64,000 nucleotides of DNA from the human T2T-CHM13v2.0 reference genome, Homo sapiens. Below are positions 44,938 to 61,564 of the stretch, piece by piece (within the stretch, counting starts at the first letter, position 1; every line of letters begins with the position of its first letter). Both the position numbers and the translations under genes were made by a program. Below the pieces are notes generated by a model. The model made no database searches and was not told the origin of the DNA. It saw only the letters and a list, made by a program, of their open reading frames with translations. The DNA is taken from assembly GCF_009914755.1 (NCBI RefSeq), contig NC_060941.1. One strand, given 5' to 3'.

Positions 44938-46112
44938 TGGCTCTTTAGGATCTGGATTTTCTTTCTGTCTTGGGGACAAAGATCTTGCCATATTTATGAT
45001 TTGTTTAGTTACTATATAGCTTTAATGACCTAAGATTGGAGAAAGAGGCACATCATTTCATTAATCTCTTTGCTTAAGTTCCTTACTGGTTAAGCATGAA
45101 GAAAATTCCTTAGGGCTTTGGGCAGCAGATTTGCACCTTGAATAGCAAAATAGGTTTGTGTAATCAGGTTTTATGTAAGACTGAGCAGGCAAGGGTGCAA
45201 ATGAAAAGGACACTGCATGAATTCCAGCTCACAGCTTTGAAAAAGGTGCATCATTTGAAAAAGTCACCCAGGCTTGCAAACCACAGGAGCCTCAGCAAGC
45301 ACATGGGTGCAGTGAGCAATGAGTAAGAAGAACACTCCCTGGAGAGAAGCTCTGCTGCCCATCTGCAGAGCCCTGACTTGCCCTGGAAAGGAGCTCATAT
45401 TGTCTAGACTTTATTGGTTATTGACAATCCAGGGCAGTAGGCACACAGCTCTGGTCTACATTAGCATGCAGATGTACCTGTCTTTGAACTTGAGATGCTG
45501 TTCCTGCTTGGAATTCTCTTGTGCTTCCTTTTTCCTATACATTAAAGACCCAAGATTTTGACCTGTGCCTTGTACATCCGTTAAAATTCTCACTTTGGCC
45601 CATTTAGATATCTGAACTTAAGACATGTCTCTTCTTACACTCAGCCAAGTTTAGTCTTCTGAATGTCATCCTCAAACCATCTACATAGATTCTGATTCTT
45701 AGTTTTGTCCTTAGCTTAGCATACCACTTAGGACACTGCTTTTATTGCCAGTTTAATGTCCCCTTGATGGTACTTCTGCTGTGTGCCATTCTAGCCTTTC
45801 CATGTACTAGTGTGATTCATCTCCGGGTCAGCCCCTTCTCAGGCTCTCCATACTCTGTGAGAGTCCCATTCCTCCATTTGGAATGTTGCACGCACAACAT
45901 AGAACTGGCTTATACCAAAAGGCCTGTCCCATTTTCATTCATCCTGAAACTCGAACCAGAACTCTGGTATGTTCTTCTTGAGCTGGAGGACCCCGTGTTC
46001 TTGCATAGAGATTCCTCTTTCTGTTTGCCACCACTGTCCACTGTTGCTATCACTGCAGCCCAGGCCAGCAGAAGATGTGCACCTGTCACTGCTGACACTA
46101 AGCACTGACAAC

Positions 46113-46780
46113 CGTGGTGGCAGACACCTTTTGTTGGTTAATCAATAGTCATCACTACCACTCTCACTTTTTATTTGCAAACAGAACCCTGAATTTTGCT
46201 CAGAATGACAGTAACCCAGTCCCAGGGGATAATTTATCATTTTGTAACCCAATCATAGTAATCATAGTCATTTTTGTCCCCTGTTTATTTTCCAAGCTTC
46301 CCTCTTGGCCTTAGGACATTGTTATCATATGTATTAGTCCATTGTCATACTGCTATGAAGAAATACCTGAGACTGGGTAATTTATAAAGAAAAAGAGGTT
46401 TAATGGACTCACGGTTCCACATGGCTGGGGAGGCCTCACAATCATGGCAGAAGGCGAAGGAGGGGCAAAGTCACATCTTACATGGTGGCAGGCAAGACAG
46501 CGTGTGCAGGGGAACTGCCCTTTATAAAATCATCAGATCTCATGAAACTTATTCACTCTCATGAGAACAACGTGGGGAAAACCTGCCCTCATGATTCTAT
46601 TACCTCCCACGGGGTCCCTCCCACAACACGTGGGGATTATGGGAGCTACAATTCAAGATGAGATTTGGGTGGGACACAGACAAACCATATCATCATTTAA
46701 GGGAAAATCCACTGAGGAATATTTGGTAAGTGCTTTGTTGACACTAAAAGAGACCAGTTTGTGAAGAGATTTTGTTTGCT
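46113..46780 (+). mobile_element. Old MLT1 (J/K/L-like) LTR remnant, split by THE1D
   Basis: gtggtggcagacacc...aacagaaccctgaattttg...cccagtcccagggga; highly diverged. Confidence 0.5.
46330..46692 (-). mobile_element. Solo LTR THE1D
   Basis: tgtattagtccattgtcatactgctatgaagaaatacc...gacacagacaaaccatatca; TSD tcata/tcatt. Confidence 0.92.
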
Positions 46781-46809
46781 CCAAGGACAAGGGTGAGGGA
46801 CCCAAGTGT

Positions 46810-47000
46810 CAAAATTTGGAGGTGAATGTCAGAGGCTGCCTGGTCTGAATTCCAGCTCCCTTGCTTACTAGTTGTATCCTCCCAATCTAGTTACCTCAGC
46901 TTTTCATACCTTGGTTTCCCCTTTTATCAAATGGAGAAAATTATCATGGCATCTATCTTATAGGGTTGTTAGGAGAACTAGATTAATTAATAGCTATTGA
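46810..47000 (+). mobile_element. MIR
   Basis: gtctgaattccagctcc...cttactagttgt...aaatggagaaaattatc...tagggttgttaggag. Confidence 0.75.
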
Positions 47001-47704
47001 GTATTAGAATGATGCTTGGGTATAAAAGCATTTTATTGGAATAAAAGCAGTAAAGGCTGTAGAAGCATTTGTTAAACATATGAACATGGACATCTTTCAG
47101 GGTGAATTTTGATTTATTTAGCAAATGGCATTTTTCTTTTATGAAACTGACAATGATAAAATGAATGATAGGGTCCAACACTAGCTAGGTGAAGGGGAAA
47201 TGCTTGCTATCTGACAGCGTTTTGCAGAGGTGAATTATATATTTTCTGACCTAAAAATCTTTTCTAAAAATGCAAAAAATATTCAAAGATGGACTAGTAG
47301 CCCATCAACAATGATAACATATACTCACATTTTTTGACATGAAAGATTGTATAGGGTTAATGAGGAAATGAGGTAATACAACACGTCTTACAGAATAATG
47401 ACATTTATACAAAATATTTTAGTCAATGTATTAAAAACGTGTTGAAAATATTAGAGAAGACAGATACCAAGTACTGGAGAACTGGATGATTTAAAACATT
47501 TTCTTTTTCGTTTATTTGAATTTTTGTTTTCTATGATGGTCTTGAGTGGCTAGTTGTAGAAGAGTATATATAGTAAGATTCCATTTTTATAAGACAAATA
47601 TGGTGACCCATTAGTAATAAATAATGAAATCTAGATAGTTACACATATAAAACTGTCTGGAAGGATATACACCAAAATGACAATAGTTGTTACTTCTGGA
47701 TTAA

Positions 47705-48040
<336 letters not shown>

Positions 48041-48112
48041 TCATTTTATTTTTTGAATATTTTTACTTTCTGATTTTACTGCAGTTATTATGTAACATTC
48101 TAGGTTTTACAA

Positions 48113-48434
48113 TTTTTTTATTTTTATTTTATTTTATTATTATTATTTTTTTGAGACAGAGTCTTGCTCTGTTGCCCAGGCTGGAGTGCAGTCGTGAGAT
48201 CTTGGCTCACTGCAACCTCTGACTCCAGGGTTAAAGATTTTCTCCCTCCTAGGCCTTCCGAGCAGCTCGGATTACAGGTGCCCACCACCATGCCCTGTTA
48301 GTTTTTGTATTTTTAGTAGAGACAGAGTTTCACCATGAAAGCCAGGCTGGTCTCAAACTCCTGACCTCAGGTGATCCACCCGCCTCGGCCTCCCAAAGTG
48401 TTGGGATTACAGGCGTGAGCCACCGCACTCGGCC
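48113..48434 (-). mobile_element. AluSx-like
   Basis: Full Alu in tandem with the preceding Alu. Confidence 0.95.
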
Positions 48435-50062
48435 ACAAAATTTTTTGAAAAGAGCTAAGCAGCGTATCTTTCTGGTACAAATGGTCCTACTAATATTATT
48501 ATTCTGTTGGTAGCCAAGTAGGAAAATTCTATAAGTGCCAGATATTTGAGCTTATAAAGATTCCAACAGAATCTTCCTTCACCCCACCACCAGCCCCACA
48601 CATTAGTCTGGAGATATTTATATTTGCTGCCAAATATCTGCCCCAAATCATTCTGTATTGCTGACATTTTGTCAGATTAATAGATCCCGAGTGATATGAA
48701 TATGTTGATTTTGTGGCAGACTGCCAAAGAATCCTTTTTATAGACAAAAATGGATATGATAAATTATGTTTCTTGAGGTCCCGATGTTTCTATTTAAAGA
48801 TGTCTGTAGATATTCAGTCCCTTATAAAGGTACCTTAACATTGCTCTTTAAAAGCATTGTACTACGTCTTTTCTTTCATGCTTTGAGAGCAAATCAGGGT
48901 TATCCTGGGGGTAGACACTTTTGCCCCTGTCTTGTGGTTTGTGAATTCCTTGGCTCACCTGTCAGTGTAAGGCATTCTCTTTTAATTCAAGTTCATTCAT
49001 CAGTCTGGGGAAATGCTTTTCTTTTTCAGAGGACCTGGATTGATTGGTTGGAAATATAATTTGGTCCCTGTGTTTGTGCTGGATCACAGATCAGAAAGCA
49101 GTTTCAGTTTGCACTGGCTCTCGGACTTCTTTACTGGTGAAATTCAGAAGTGCAGCAAGAGACAAGAAAATCAGAGCTGTTTATACAATCTCTTTTCTTA
49201 CTTTCCTTGAGTGTTTTAAAGAGGAAGACTGGGCCTCCAAACTTTGAGCACTGGCAGCAATACTATTGTATGCCGTCAACTCCTATTCCTTTCACAATTC
49301 TTCTGTGCACTGGAAGAGAAAAAGGCAGCTAGCAGGGGTAAGCATAAGTGGAAGGTATTTCTTTGGGTATCTTCTTTGTGTGAGACACAGTTCTAGATCT
49401 TGTGCATTTATTCTCTCCATTAAGCCTCTGATGTTTCAGAGAAAACTGATGTCGTAAGACAGTAACCCACGTACCCACAGACATAGCTGTGATGATTGAC
49501 AGAAGCAAGTTCAAATGCCAGGCCTGCCTTCTTTAAACCAGAAGTGTTCCTACAGTACCAGCCACAGGAATTTGAGCTTATGGCTTACAGGATTCAAGGT
49601 CTCAAATTCTTCACCATGTTGTCTGTAGATCAAATAAGACAATGATGATGATGATGCAGGAGGATGGATGGAGGAAGGAGGATGAACATGGTGATGATAA
49701 TAGTTCCTACCTCAGTGCAATTACATTGATTGCAAAGCTTAATGTGAGCAACGACCTATAAGCATCTGATTTCTAGTTTGCTGCCTTTTACCCTATTCCT
49801 ATTGGCTATTTGCCCTAGGGAAGAGCAGCTTTTATAACTTCACTGGCAGGTTTCCTAATTGCTCAAATTGACATGCAAATAAGCTCTCCTTGACTCATCC
49901 TAATGTCTGTCCTTATCCATACATCCCAGAATTTGAGGCACAAATCACATTGCAGGTCTACATCTTTATAAACTTCTTCATGAATCTGCCATGCATCCTG
50001 ATAGCAATGGCATGAACAACACCTCCCAGATTCTGAAAGTGTCTGTTTAAAAAGGTTGCAGA

Positions 50063-50367
50063 AGCCAGGCACAGCTGGCTCGCGCCTGTAATCACAGCAT
50101 TTTGTGAGGCCCAGGTGGGCAGATCACTCGAGGCCAGGAGTTCAAGACGACCAACCTGGCCAACATGGTGAAACTCTGTCTGTAGTAAAAATACAAAAAA
50201 ATTAGTTGGCCATGGTGGCACACGCCTGTAGACCCAGCTACTTGGGATTTGCTGGGAACCCGAGAATCACTGGAATCCAGGAAGAGTCTGCAGTGAGCTG
50301 GAGATTGTGTCACTGCACTCCAGCCTGGTGACAGAGTGAGACCCTGTCTAAAGAAAAAAAAAAAAAA
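50063..50367 (+). mobile_element. Alu (diverged, Sz/J-like)
   Basis: Full Alu with A tail; TSD aaaaaggttgcaga, with the right copy interrupted by a short purine-rich insert. Confidence 0.94.
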
Positions 50368-51214
50368 GGTAGGGAGAGGGTTTGCAGACTGAACCTCATT
50401 AACAGACTCTCTCTCATCTGATTGGCAGGATGTGCATGGTCACTTAACCAATCCCTTAGGCCTGCTCAAGAGGAAAGATACAGTTTCTGTCACAGCCCCA
50501 GGGTCCCAGGCAGCAAATGAATAATGCTTTTCCCTGAAATGGCTTAGTTTCATGCTTCCCTTTCCTCATTTTTTCATGGTGCCTGGGGCCTGCACTTTGG
50601 AACAGGGGAAGAGCTTTGTCAGGTATTCCTCCATGATTGTATCACTATGTTTTAGCCATTATATTTTAGTCCTAGAGCCTATGATTTGTTCTTTCTCGAA
50701 GACTCCAAGACCCTTCTGAGTCTTTGAGAGTCCTTTCCAGAGGGCGTGGTTGGGACAGAGAAGGGGCAGGACAGGGCTTGAACTGGGAAGCGGGGAAGAC
50801 ACAGCCAGCCACCAGGTGGTAGATATAGGCATCTGGCACTTGTGGGTCAGTCACTGTACAACCATCTTTCTTGCACGTGGATGCTGAGACTTGTATAGTG
50901 TACAAGGGAAGGATGGAGAGAAGCAAACTCCCCTCATGATGCTGTTACTAATATGCCAGGTCCAGTGTTAAATTCTTTCATTTGCTTAATATCATTTGTT
51001 TCTACCGCTGCATGTAAGTTGGGTATTTTATCTATTTTTACTGGAAATAGGCTTAGGGACAAAATAATATGCCTGAATTCTAACTGCATTAAAAGCAAAG
51101 CCTGATTAGAATCTTTGTCTCTCAGTCAAATTCTTAGGTTAAAACAAGTGAAAACAAACAAGATCACTCATAAGAAATGATTTGGACTGTTCTTAATAAA
51201 TGAGAATGTTCTTA

Positions 51215-51427
51215 ACAAATACATGATAAATGTTTGAGATGATGGATATTCCAGTTACCTAGATTGAATCATTATACATTGTATGTGTGCATCAAAATGT
51301 CACATGTGGGCTGGGGATGGTGACTCTGGCCTGTAATCCTGGCACTTTGGAAGCCTGAGGCAGGAGGATTGCTTGAGGCTAGAAATTTGAGACCAGCCTG
51401 GGCAACATAGGGAAACTCTATCTCTAC

Positions 51428-51463
<36 letters not shown>

Positions 51464-51515
51464 CATGTACCCCTTAAATATATACAATTGTTATGTATCA
51501 GTAAAATTTTTAAAA
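51215..51515 (+). mobile_element. L1MA-like 3' end fragment, interrupted by an Alu monomer
   Basis: atgataaatgtttgagatgatggatat...cattatacattgtatg...tcacatgtaccccttaaatatatacaatt. Confidence 0.78.
51309..51460 (+). mobile_element. Alu left monomer (FLAM-like)
   Basis: Single monomer with long poly(A); TSD core tcacatgt. Confidence 0.88.
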
Positions 51516-52229
51516 GTACCTAACTCCTGCTTTCTAAAGGCTACATACACTAATTGCAAAGATGGTCACAAGACATGACTTGAAAACAAACAATGTAGAG
51601 AACAAGTGAATTTGTAAAACACTTTTACCAATTGAAAATAATTGGGAAAGGGGACAGCTTGTGTTATTATAGGTGAGCTCTTTAATTTTTATTTTTGTAA
51701 GTTCTTTAGGCTAACTTGAACTAATATTTGAGTGCTGACAAGGTTTTGGAACCGTCTTTGATAACTTCATATGAGATATTTGAGAACTAATCATTTATAT
51801 GCAAATTGTAGCTGCCAGGTTCTTGAGAATTGCTATATTTTCTTAGGTAGATTAAACTTCAGGAAACCATTTTCATAGTATTAACTTTCTTCAAAAGTTC
51901 TTTTTTCATAGATAATAGGAAAGTTAATTTAAACCCATCCAGTCTCAGTCAAATTATCACAAATTCCAAATGAACTGAGTCTGAGTTAATTTCTCTGCAA
52001 TGCAGAATGTGTACATTTATACAAAGTGGAGACAGAATAATGGAGCCATCAGAATCAGATACAATTAAAGCAGGAAATACAATAAGTTAAAAATTCTTTA
52101 ATTTTTCATGGATAAAATGGAAATTCTATCTTGTGACATTTGATGATTTGTCCTAATCTAAACAGGCTGTTAGTTTCTAAAAAGTGTAAGAACGTGTCAA
52201 GGTGATTGGAGTTTCTGCATTAAATTTCA

Positions 52230-52350
52230 ATTTAAGCATAGGCTTTGGAATTGGACATGTTGAAGGACCAGTCCAGCCTTTGCCACTTACGAACTTGATT
52301 GGGCAAGTTGCTTTACCTCCCTAAGATTTCATTCAATCCTCTGTAAAACG
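52230..52350 (+). mobile_element. MIR fragment
   Basis: ggctttggaattggac...tgccacttac...gggcaagttgctttacctc...ctgtaaaacgg. Confidence 0.65.
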
Positions 52351-54127
52351 GAGGAGTGTTGAGAAACAAAGCAAATGTATTCAGAGATGGTTCAGTCTCT
52401 AGAATAAAGTATGGAGCAAAATGTGATTATTGTTATCGCATTATTATTGTAGTGTTATCCATGTAGCTCAGTGGAATAATTTTAATGACAAATATGTTGT
52501 CATTCATTAGGTTTAAAAAATACAATAAATTCCGTTATTTTCTTCTTAAAAAAACCTTTTTAAAGGAAGGTGTGAAGAGATGGGAAGAGATGGTTTTGGC
52601 TGGCCCTTGGATGGGCAGACACATACTGAGGTTATAAAGGAATGCTAACTCACCGCTTTTGTTCTCAATGAAGCAACTGGAATACTTGACAAGGAGAAAT
52701 CCTTGAAAGAGCTTCATGGCTCAGTTAAATCTGCTCAAGTACTAGAAAGAAAGGCCTTTCTAACATACAAAAGACACATCTGCAGTACATTTTGGTTGCA
52801 GTAACACAAACTGGACAAGTCCCTGGCCCATTCAATCACTGAAATTGACTTTCCCCTTGCAGAAGTTGAACATTTTCCATGGGTTCTTGTTTGGTATTTG
52901 AATGGGATGGTAAGTAAGTTAAGCTTTCTGGCATGCAAAATCCTCAGTAATGTAGGGTGCAATTTTTACTTCCCCACAAACACTTTAGACGTTTCTTCTG
53001 ATGATTATTTAAAGGAATAATACTACGTTAATAGAATATTGTTTTCTTTCATCTCCTCTTGACTTGTTTGGAAAAAGTAATTTTATACCAAAACAAAACA
53101 GAAAAACCACCAAATCAATGTAATTTTCCTGGTTCAACCAAAAAAAATCAAAGTACAGTAGTGAATATACAAAACATATTTTTCATTGGTACCTCTGGAA
53201 ATACTGTAAAACATTTTCTTCATCGTGCCCTGCTATACATTTCAAAGGAAATTGGATAGAACAACAAGGGAAAGAAATGCACAAAACATATGAAGAGATA
53301 TAATTCAGAAGGGTACAGGCTACCTGTAGTTTAAAATATTTATTCCTGGTTGAATTTCATGCCTCTGGCTGTTCTCTCTATCATGAAGCGTTCCATTTCT
53401 GAAAGTAGAAAGCAAAGGAGGAAATATCTAAACTGTAAAATGTCAAATTGCTTTCCAAACTTGTTCCAATTTCCAACCACATCAAGAAGGATGTCTGAAA
53501 AGACAATCAGCTTTTGCACTAACCAAATACATATACAATTATTTATTTTTAAAAAATTTTCCTTGGGAATGCACCATCAAAGAACATTTAGGGTTATTCT
53601 GAGGCTATTTCCCTTCAATCCTTTAAAAACTAGTTTTGTAGCTACAGTATCTTTGTCTTTTTTTCCTTTAAAAATTTTGTAAATCAAATAAGCCACAATT
53701 CAATTTATGTAGGAGAAAAGTGCCTACAGTTGGATATATTTTATCCATTTTCTGGGAATAAGATGTTGGTGCCCTCCCAAAGAACAATTTAAAAAGAAAT
53801 AATCAAAACCGTACTTTTCTCCTCCTAATACCAAATAGGAAAAGGATTAAACCTTGATGAGATCTATTTTACCAAGATGTAGCATTCGTAGATCTTATGA
53901 AGGACTTGCTTGCCTATAAAGTCACTTCCATTTCCTAGGACATGGAGTAGAAAGTCAGAGTTTGCTTGCATATTTTAGAACTTGGATTCATAAATAAATT
54001 AACACATTATTGTGTGTACCTCAGAAAATTCAAAGGATTTAAAAGACTTCTAATGAATTGTCAAATCATCAGTATTTTTGATGAGTTGGGTATAAATTCG
54101 AGTTACATGCAATGTTTTTAGTTATGA

Positions 54128-54492
<365 letters not shown>

Positions 54493-54509
54493 ATCAATCA
54501 TGTATTTCT

Positions 54510-57420
54510 AATCTTCCATTTTATCTCATCTACTAGGTTACTAGCCTCATTTTCTTTGCTTTAAATTTTTGAGGTGCCTCTTTTTCCTGCCTGTTCTCTC
54601 TCTCTCTTTCTCCGTATTTGATATCAAAATTATAATATGCACAATTAATTTATTCTCATCTCTCAATTATCATTACATTGCATATTGTCACCTATACCTC
54701 ATCTCTATCCATTGTGCTACTGTTGTCATTAATTTACAAAAAATTTTATTTACTTACTGAATTTACTTACTTATTTACTGATTTAATTAACTCTACCTAT
54801 GATGTAAGCCCTATAGTACATTGTTGCTATTTTTGCTTTAGAACAGTAAGTTACCTGTTCTAAATAAAAAGATAAAATGGACTTTTCTATCTTTATTCAC
54901 CTATTTAATATTTCCAGTGCCTGATTTTCCACCAGTATGAGCTCCCCTGAGCCTGAAGAAACTCCTGTATATGTTTGGTACTGCAGGTTGACTGGTGACA
55001 AGTTTGCTCAAGTTTTGTTTATGTGAAATATCTTCAGTTTACCTTCCTTTTTGAAGGTTCTCTTAGCTAGACAAGGAATTCTAGAGTGACAAAGTTTTGT
55101 TTGTTTTTCCTTCCTTCTGCCTTGGCATGTTAACATTGTTGTTTCATTATCGTCTGGCTAGGCTTGTTTCTGATGAGTGACAATATAGTTATTGCCATCA
55201 CAGTTCCTCTGCATGTAAAATATAGATTTCCTTCTTAGCTGCTTTTAAAATTTTCTCTTTATCACATACATATGGCCAACAATCATATGAAAAAATGCTT
55301 AACATCACTGATCATTATAGAAATGCAAATCAAAACCACAATGAGATACCATCTCATACCGGTCAGAATGGCTACTATTAAAAAGTCAAAAAAATAACAG
55401 ATGCTGGCGAGATTGTGGAGAAAAAGGGACGCTTATACACTGTTGGTGGAAGTGTAAATTAGTTCAGCCATTGTGGAAGACAGTGTGGTGATTGCTCAAA
55501 GACCTAAAAACAGAAATACTGTTTGACCCAGCAATCCTGCTACTGAGTGTATACCCAAAGGAATATAAATCATTCTGTTATAAAGACACATGTATGCATA
55601 TGTTTATTGCAGCACTATTCACAATAGCAAAGACATGGAGTCAACCTAAATGCCCATCAATGATAGGCTGGGTAAAGAAAATGTGGTACATGTACTACGT
55701 GGAATACTATGCAGCCATAAAAAAGAATGAGAACATGTTCTTTTTGGGGACATGGGTGGAGCTGGAGGCCATCATCCTTAGCTAACTAACACAGAAACAG
55801 AAAACCAAATACTGCATGTTCTTAATTCTATAAGTGGAAGCTAAATGATGAGAACATGGGACACATAGAGAGGAACAAGACACGCAGGGGCTTTTCAGAG
55901 GGTGAAGGATGGAAGGAGGGAGAGGATCAGGAAAAACAACTAATGGTTACCAGGCTTAACACCTGGGGGATGAAATAATCTGTACAACAAACCTCCATGA
56001 CACAAGTTTACCTATGTAACAAACGTGCACTTGTACTCCTGAACTTAAAAGTTAAAAAAAAAAAAAGATTTTTTTTATCATTTTATTTCAGCAACTTGCC
56101 TAGATGTGATTTACTTTGTATTTATTCTGCTTATGTTCATGAAACTTTTTGAACTGTGTTAATATTTTTCATCAAATTTAGAACATTTTGATCAGTTCTT
56201 CAGATATTTTTTATTTTCTACCCCATTTTATCTCTCATCTTCTGTATATTGGACTGTTTGATATTATCTCACAGGTCACTAATGTTCTGATTATCTTTTT
56301 AAAACATCTGTGTCACTATTCTTTATTTTTGGCAATTTCCATTGATTTATTTTCAACTGTAGTGATGCTTTCTTATTCAGCATTTATGCTGTTAATAACC
56401 CATACAAACAAATATATTTTTAAGTTCTAGAATTTCCATTCAGTTCATTTTTAGTTTCCATTTCTTTCCTGAAATACTCTATTTATTACACTCATCTTTT
56501 CTTATAAATTATTTTGTATCTGTAGTTTTTTTTTTGTGCTTATCTGTTAATTCTGATGACTGAGTCACATGTGATTCTCATTCTATTGACTGCTCTTCCT
56601 TGATTTGAACTTAAGGGTTAAGTTTTCTTGTTCCTTTGCATGTGTCATCATTTTTTATTGCATTTGAACATTTTGTATGAAAGAATGGTGGAGACTAAAG
56701 AATCTTTAAAAAAATGATTTGTGCATTTCTCAAGGAGTAGCTAGTCTCTTCATTCTCTTTGGTTAAGGTGAGGGGTTGATCATTTGAATTCCTCCTAAAG
56801 TGGGGCTGGGAGCCATAACTCTTATTAGATTTTTTTCATCTGTGGCAAGCCCAACCCCAAAGCTCCACCAATATCATCACCTTTTATGGTGTCGAAGGTG
56901 TTTGACATACAGTTTCACCTTTAGATTCCATTCTGGCAGGACTTTGGAATCCAAGCACTGCAAGAATGCACAGGACTATGTGAGCTCTCTTTGCCCTTTA
57001 GCCCACCCTCAATTACTGCTTTTTTTTTTTTCCCCCACACAGTTTGCAACTGGGATGGAGCTCTTGTAAGGTTAAAGGATTTGTTTTTGTGTTTGAAGCT
57101 CTTTTTTTCACTAGCCCTCACTGTTATGTAAGGCAGCTGATTTCTCTTCATCCCTCCAAAGGGATCCCTTGTCTACAATGTACCTGCTCCTCCTTGTTTG
57201 TACCCAGCCCAGGAGCCTTCCTGCAGGTGTGGAAGCTGCTGTGACTCTAGCTCACTTATGGAGGGCTTGTTTCTCTCTGGAATTCAGTTCACCAAAGCTT
57301 CCTTTAGTCCATCACTCCTCGCTAAGCCCATTCAAAAGTATGCTGGGTTTTTGTTTTTGTTGGTTTGGGTCTTGTCTTTTGTTGTTGTCAACATAGCAGG
57401 AATGACCTTTCATATCTGTC
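54510..57420 (-). mobile_element. Very old L1M (ORF1/5' region) remnant, interrupted by an L1PA
   Basis: T-rich + strand with antisense L1M ORF1-like motifs (cctgaagaaactcc...ctggtgacaagtt...ggaattctagagtgac); boundaries approximate. Confidence 0.55.
55264..56066 (+). mobile_element. L1PA13-15-like 3' fragment
   Basis: ORF2 C-terminus (ORF 55492-55785, FDPAILLL...[16 protein letters not shown]) plus 3'UTR and A tail; degenerate TSD aa(a/g)attttt.tttatca. Confidence 0.92.
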
Positions 57421-58442
57421 TTTAGTTTTTTACATTTTGATTAAAAATTATTTATGAGCATGCACTGCCAACAACAGTTTCTGAGCCATTTCAAAAATCA
57501 CCTTCTCTGAATTTCACATCACGTTTCTTCTCTTGTTTTCTTTTTAAAAACATTTGATCTCATTCACTTTTTATTTTAAAGGAGATTTATTATCAGTTTT
57601 GTCTCCAGCCTTATTTATTCCTTTCAAACATTTTTGTACATATCTGTTCTTCATATATTCCTGTTACTCATCAAGACTAAAATTTGTAGGCTGGATATAT
57701 TATTCCTGAGTCCAAAACTCCCAAATATTATCTTTTATTATATTAACAGTTGTGCTGTGCTATAAATGATAGAAATTTTAACATGCCTACATGTGCTAAG
57801 TTTTGACATATTTATACATCAGTGAAACCACCACAATAAAGGAATTAGCATAATCATCACCCCCAAAATGTCCTTGTTTCCCTCTACGGATTATAAAGGG
57901 ACAAAAATGATTTCCCTTCCTAACTCTCCTTCCCTCCCACATCTTTAGACAACCGTTGATATGACTTCTATCCTACAGCATTTTCTAGAATTTTATACAA
58001 ATGGAATTATAAGATCTGTAGTCTTTTTTGACTGACCTCTTTTCTTCAACATTAATATTTTCAGATTCACCCATGTTGTTGCATGTATCAATAGCTGATT
58101 TTATTGAGTTGTAGTGCATTGCATGGGTATATCTCAATTTGTTTATCCACTCACCTGTATAATCACCTTTGGATTATTTCCAATTATTAGTTATTTCAAA
58201 TAAAGCTGCTATGAAAATGTGGCACAAATTTTTGTATGGACATATTTTAAATTTATATTGGGTACATACAAAGAGTAAAATGACTAGATCATACAGTATG
58301 TGTATGTTGATCTTTCTCATACACTGCCAAACTGTTTCATGAAGTGGTTATATCATTTTGGATTTTTACCCTATACAAGATTTCCAACAACACCACATCC
58401 TTACCAACACTTGTTATGGTTATTCTCTTGTTGTAGAATTCT

Positions 58443-58750
58443 TTTTTTTTTTTAACTATTTATTTATTTAGAGAAGAGTCTTGCTCTGATGCCCAGGGTG
58501 GGGTGCAGTGGCACAATCTGGGCTGTCTGCAACTTCCACCTCCTGGGTTCAAGCGATTCTCCAGCCTCAGCCTCCCAAGTAGCTGGGATTACAAGTTTGT
58601 GTTACCACACCTAACTAATTTTTGTATTTTTAGTAGAGACAGGGTTTCACCACATTGGCCAGGCTGGTCTTGAAATCCTGACCTCAGTGATCAGCCCAGC
58701 TTGGCCTTTCACAGTGCTGGGATTACAGGCTTGAGCCACCACGCTCGGCC
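58443..58750 (-). mobile_element. AluS (Sz/Sx-like)
   Basis: 17-bp TSD tcttgttgtagaattct at 58426-58442 and 58751-58767. Confidence 0.96.
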
Positions 58751-58875
58751 TCTTGTTGTAGAATTCTAATTACATGTGTAGTGGTATCTTATCATGGCTT
58801 TAATTGTCTACATTTCTCTAAGAAATAATGATGCTTAGCATTTTTATGTGCTTATTTTTCATCTCCATATTTTCT

Positions 58876-61564
<2,689 letters not shown>

